Positions 61,301-64,000 of a stretch of 64,000 nucleotides of DNA are shown here, in pieces. Numbering within the stretch: position 1 is the first letter of the stretch; each line of letters opens with the position of its first letter. The notes beneath the pieces were generated by a model. That model worked only from the letters and a program-made list of their open reading frames with translations, did no database searches and was not told where the DNA came from. Position numbers and translations under genes: made by a program. Origin of the DNA: Antedon mediterranea (Eukaryota > Animalia > Echinodermata); the NCBI RefSeq assembly GCF_964355755.1, contig NC_092675.1, positions 6,443,812 through 6,507,811 on the forward strand, given 5' to 3'.

Positions 61301-63316
61301 TATTCTGTTAAACTGTTGTTTTATGGTTTTATAAGATAATTATATGGTTCTTCAAGATAATTATATAGTTCTTCAGCAGTAAAGCTAGATTTGTTTTCTT
61401 AAAATGTTCTTTATCAGGAACTACACGCGAACCAACTCCAACTCTACCTATCGAGACAACTAAACATTATCCAATAGACAACATTGAAAATGGAGGTGTA
61501 GATGTTAAACTAAGTGTTGAATATAGTAAGGTTTGTAATATTGATTTAAATTTTTCATTTTGGAAACTCATTCTAGTTATGCACAATAGAGAGCTTGATG
61601 AATATTGTTGTCTCCGTGAAAACGTTGTTGAGAAATCGAGCGAGAAAGCATGTCCAAATGTCCCCTCATAGTAAAATGGAAAGGTTCCTATAAACGATTT
61701 CCATTATGTAAAACTTCTCCATCTAAATATAAACTTCGCTCCAACAATCTAAAAAAGAAACATTTTCTGATCGTTTAGAAAACTAGATAATCCATGTAAT
61801 CATGTTGTTGGAAATTCATTCCAGTTTTATGCATAATATAAGAAGCTTTCGATATGCGACAATCTAGGATCTACGCATTAATATATTTCGTATGGATTGA
61901 ATCCGTGAGATGCACGATGAAGTATGTCCCGATTTCCACGCATATAGTACATAACAAAAATCAAAAGCTGTTGTTAAAAACCTTCCTTTAAAAGATTAAA
62001 ACCGTTTTCCCTAATTTACAGTTTGATGCCACCGAGCAAGAAGAGTTCAGGTCGTCAATTGCTGATAACGCGAACAAGTATTGCGATGAGTTCGAGGTTT
62101 GTTTGGGCCCTTCTAAAATTGTTTCGTAAGTAATACCATCGCCATTACTCAAATAGTTATGGGTGTATACTGTTGTTGAGAATATTGACGTCATATTTTA
62201 CTGTAGAAGAAGAAGACGCTATTTTAGTATTTTCTTGTGTAACTCTGGGGGCATATCCTACTTATCCAGACGCTAATTTAGCATTGCCTTGTGTTACTCT
62301 CCTAATGATCCGAGAAATTCAAATAATGCCCTGCAGAAGTATAGAATGTTACCTTAGTAAACATATATATTTGCATTTACATTTTAAAATTAATTTTAGT
62401 GAGAAAAACGTCATGATGTTTGAGGTAACTGATGGATCAACAAGCACACTGATATATTTCTATAAAACTCAGGCCGACAGCGCTGAACAGACGTCGGTAT
62501 CTTTCTATATAACTCAGGCCGACAGCTCTGAACTACTGATGCTTTCTGATGACCTACAAAGCATGTTGTCTGTTTATGGTACAGTCATTGAAGATGATCT
62601 AGGCTACGGTTTAGAAGTTATTATTCCCGCTACTACACAGAAGCAGACTAAAAGTACGAAACACGAGCAGACAGCGATTCCAACAGACAAACCAGGATTA
62701 GAGCCATGGGCGATAACACTTATATGTCTCGGTGCTGTTTGCGTTATGGTTGTTGTTGGTTTATTTATCTATGTCAGACAGCAAAGGTAAATATTAAACC
62801 ATTGTTGGCGGTTAACTTCCTAATGTTAAATCGTTATGAATGTCTAAAAATCAACATTGAATAGTGTTAGGGTTGTACTTTTAGAGGTGGGAGGGATGCA
62901 ATAGGATATTGTGAGTTTGGTACCATGATTATATACTATTATGATGATGATGTTATGCTTTTTTCAAAGCATTCATTTTGTGGATATTTGTTTCGTTGAT
63001 TTATTTGACCAGCATAATTATTATAAATTCAATATACAAAAAGAAAACATACAATACAACATATGAAATATGCTGTATCAGGGAAGCTTAAGCAAAAATA
63101 CATCTCTGTAACTCAGGTGAGTCGACTACCTCCTCCACCCCTCATATAAAAAAGAAATACAGTCGTTATCGGTACTCCTAGGGACATTCTAACACAAGAA
63201 CTTTTTAACATTTCAGGAAATCGGATGGATTGAATGGTGATCTTGAAGTGGAGCTAACCAATTCTCAAACAATAGATGCGACTGGTGCGACAAACAAGAC
63301 ATATGAAGACAACTAA
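40339..63316 (+). CDS. Mosaic cell-surface receptor: SP-CUB-CTL-FN3-CUB-CTL-FN3[IgGFc-binding]-CTL-FN3-CUB-CTL-FN3-stalk-TM-tail, ~1,986 aa
   Basis: Exons: 40339-40393 SP; 40934-41296 CUB; 43328-43522 + 44385-44585 CTL; 45862-46011 + 47579-47725 FN3; 48070-48278 + 48750-48876 CUB; 49051-49260 + 49667-49864 CTL; 50273-50419 FN3a; 50846-52150 IgGFc-binding; 52796-52978 FN3b; 55807-56010 + 56230-56430 CTL; 56854-57000 + 57106-57258 FN3; 57523-57882 CUB; 58106-58309 + 58542-58736 CTL; 59099-59248 + 60602-60754 FN3; 61418-61530; 62022-62125; 62400-62786 TM; 63217-63316. Sum 5961 nt, in frame. Confidence 0.88.
42619..42715 (+). CDS. Alternative first coding (signal peptide) exon of the mosaic receptor
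   Basis: MMDRIMLLKYNVVFSCWLYMLLSLSTVLVKSQ then G|GTAGG; phase 1, in frame with the CTL exon at 43328. Confidence 0.7.
44810..45163. mobile_element. TTAA-flanked MITE (Kolobok-like)
   Basis: TTAA-AGATGTATTGTCCCC..GGGGAAAAATACATCT-TTAA; related copies at ~21160-21487 and ~60769-61040. Confidence 0.7.
45379..45760. mobile_element. Harbinger-like MITEs (GGTTCCCAC..GTGGGAACC), apparently nested
   Basis: GCGTGGTTCCCACTAG occurs twice and CTAGTGGGAACC once; related short elements at ~17186-17313 and ~41407-41521. Confidence 0.6.
46304..46681. mobile_element. Harbinger-like MITE
   Basis: TIR AGGCCCATTTACACTAGGACGATAA..TTATCGTCCTAGTGTAAACGGGCCT; second copy at 52163-52525. Confidence 0.8.
50846..52150 (+). 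CDS. IgGFc-binding (FCGBP N-terminal type) domain exon
   Basis: SADAFTVLPTQALGTEYLV, DLTASRVVADKSVAVLSGTSC, CDYLVEQMPP..LGKTF, SNKPILVAQY, GDPSMILVQPIEQY, YGF..SYAMSAG: motif string characteristic of the IgGFc_binding family. Confidence 0.9.
53208..55640 (-). mobile_element. 5'-truncated non-LTR retrotransposon (RTEX-like LINE)
   Basis: Uninterrupted 779-aa ORF (53296-55635): KAPGIDG, NYRGISL, QAGFR, FVDLKRAFDS, GVQQG, LLYADD, C-terminal CKLC..EDEYHFILQC. 3' end has AATAAA then a (GAA)4 tail. No APE endonuclease, no obvious TSD. Clade assignment is from recall. Confidence 0.9.
59270..59460. mobile_element. MITE (Harbinger-like)
   Basis: TIR AGGCAAATTTACACAGACGAG..GTCGTCTGTGTAAATTGGCCT; related copy at ~39560-39870 and a partial end at ~1520-1540. 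Confidence 0.65.
60395..60555 (-). mobile_element. tRNA-derived SINE with Meta-like domain
   Basis: Minus strand TGGCCGAGCGGTTAAGAC (A box), GGTTCGAGG (B box), GGATAAGGACTATAAACCGTAGGTCC (resembles the MetaSINE central domain, from recall). Confidence 0.6.
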
Positions 63317-63947
63317 GGCGCCAGCCAGACAGTCGTTTTTCTCTGGTTTCACTTATTAAAAAAATGTTCGATCACGCATGAAAGTGGCAAGACCACGATG
63401 GTAGATGAAGGTGTATTGTTGAAAGAACTATTACTTTACATGCATGCTGTTTAATTTTGACGACGAATAAAATATGTAGTATAAAAATAATGTTAATGTG
63501 TTTAACCATTATGTTTAATAAACAGTAATACTGTTCACATTGTTGAAAGAGAATCATGCATTTATTAAAGATCCAGTGTCAATAAAGATTTCCAACAACA
63601 GTACCAGTAACAAATGTATAGGTTAAGACTAATTTTCAGCAGTCAAAATATCTACTCTCTAGTGTACGTAATTTATACCAGATATCAGCTTTCTTTCATT
63701 GAATTGTTAACAATTCTATAATTTTGTGGTACTATATTTAGGCCTATGTTGTGATTAATGATACTTAGGCCTATGCTGTTATTATTGATATTTAGGCCTA
63801 TGATACTTAGGCCTAGTGTGTTGTTATTAATGACAATTACACCTATTATTATTATTGTTATTGCTATTGCTATTGTTGTTATTATTATCGTTGTCGTTGT
63901 TGTTGTTATTAATTGTATTGTTATTATAATTATTGTTATTTGTATTT

Positions 63948-64000
63948 CATCATCACCCTACAGTGACCATACATCACCACCCTACAGTGACCATACATCA
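63948..64000. repeat. Start of a short tandem repeat running off the window
   Basis: CACCCTACAGTGACCATACATCA occurs twice at the window end. Confidence 0.6.

Overview
AT-rich, intron-containing metazoan DNA; an invertebrate deuterostome such as an echinoderm is my inference from gene and repeat style, not verified. Six protein-coding genes can be reconstructed by hand from GT-AG exons with consistent phases: (1) UHRF1 (minus strand, runs off the window start), head-to-head with (2) an FHA-less polynucleotide kinase 3'-phosphatase (PNKP-like) that has a probable upstream mitochondrial-presequence exon; (3) an unrecognised 324-aa type I membrane protein with two FN3-like beta-sandwich domains (minus), head-to-head with (4) PLGRKT; (5) an unrecognised 330-aa type III membrane protein with a PDZ-type C-terminus (minus); (6) a ~1,990-aa mosaic receptor of repeated CUB / C-type lectin / FN3 units, with an IgGFc-binding (FCGBP-type) exon sitting inside an FN3 domain and two alternative signal-peptide exons. 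Mobile DNA: an integrase-less Gypsy LTR element inserted at the B box of a tRNA-SINE in a PLGRKT intron, a 5'-truncated RTEX-like LINE, a TG..CA foldback element with 5-bp TSD, Penelope-type minimal hammerhead ribozyme motifs, several SINE families and many MITEs. Exon boundaries were read manually; repeat boundaries are approximate.
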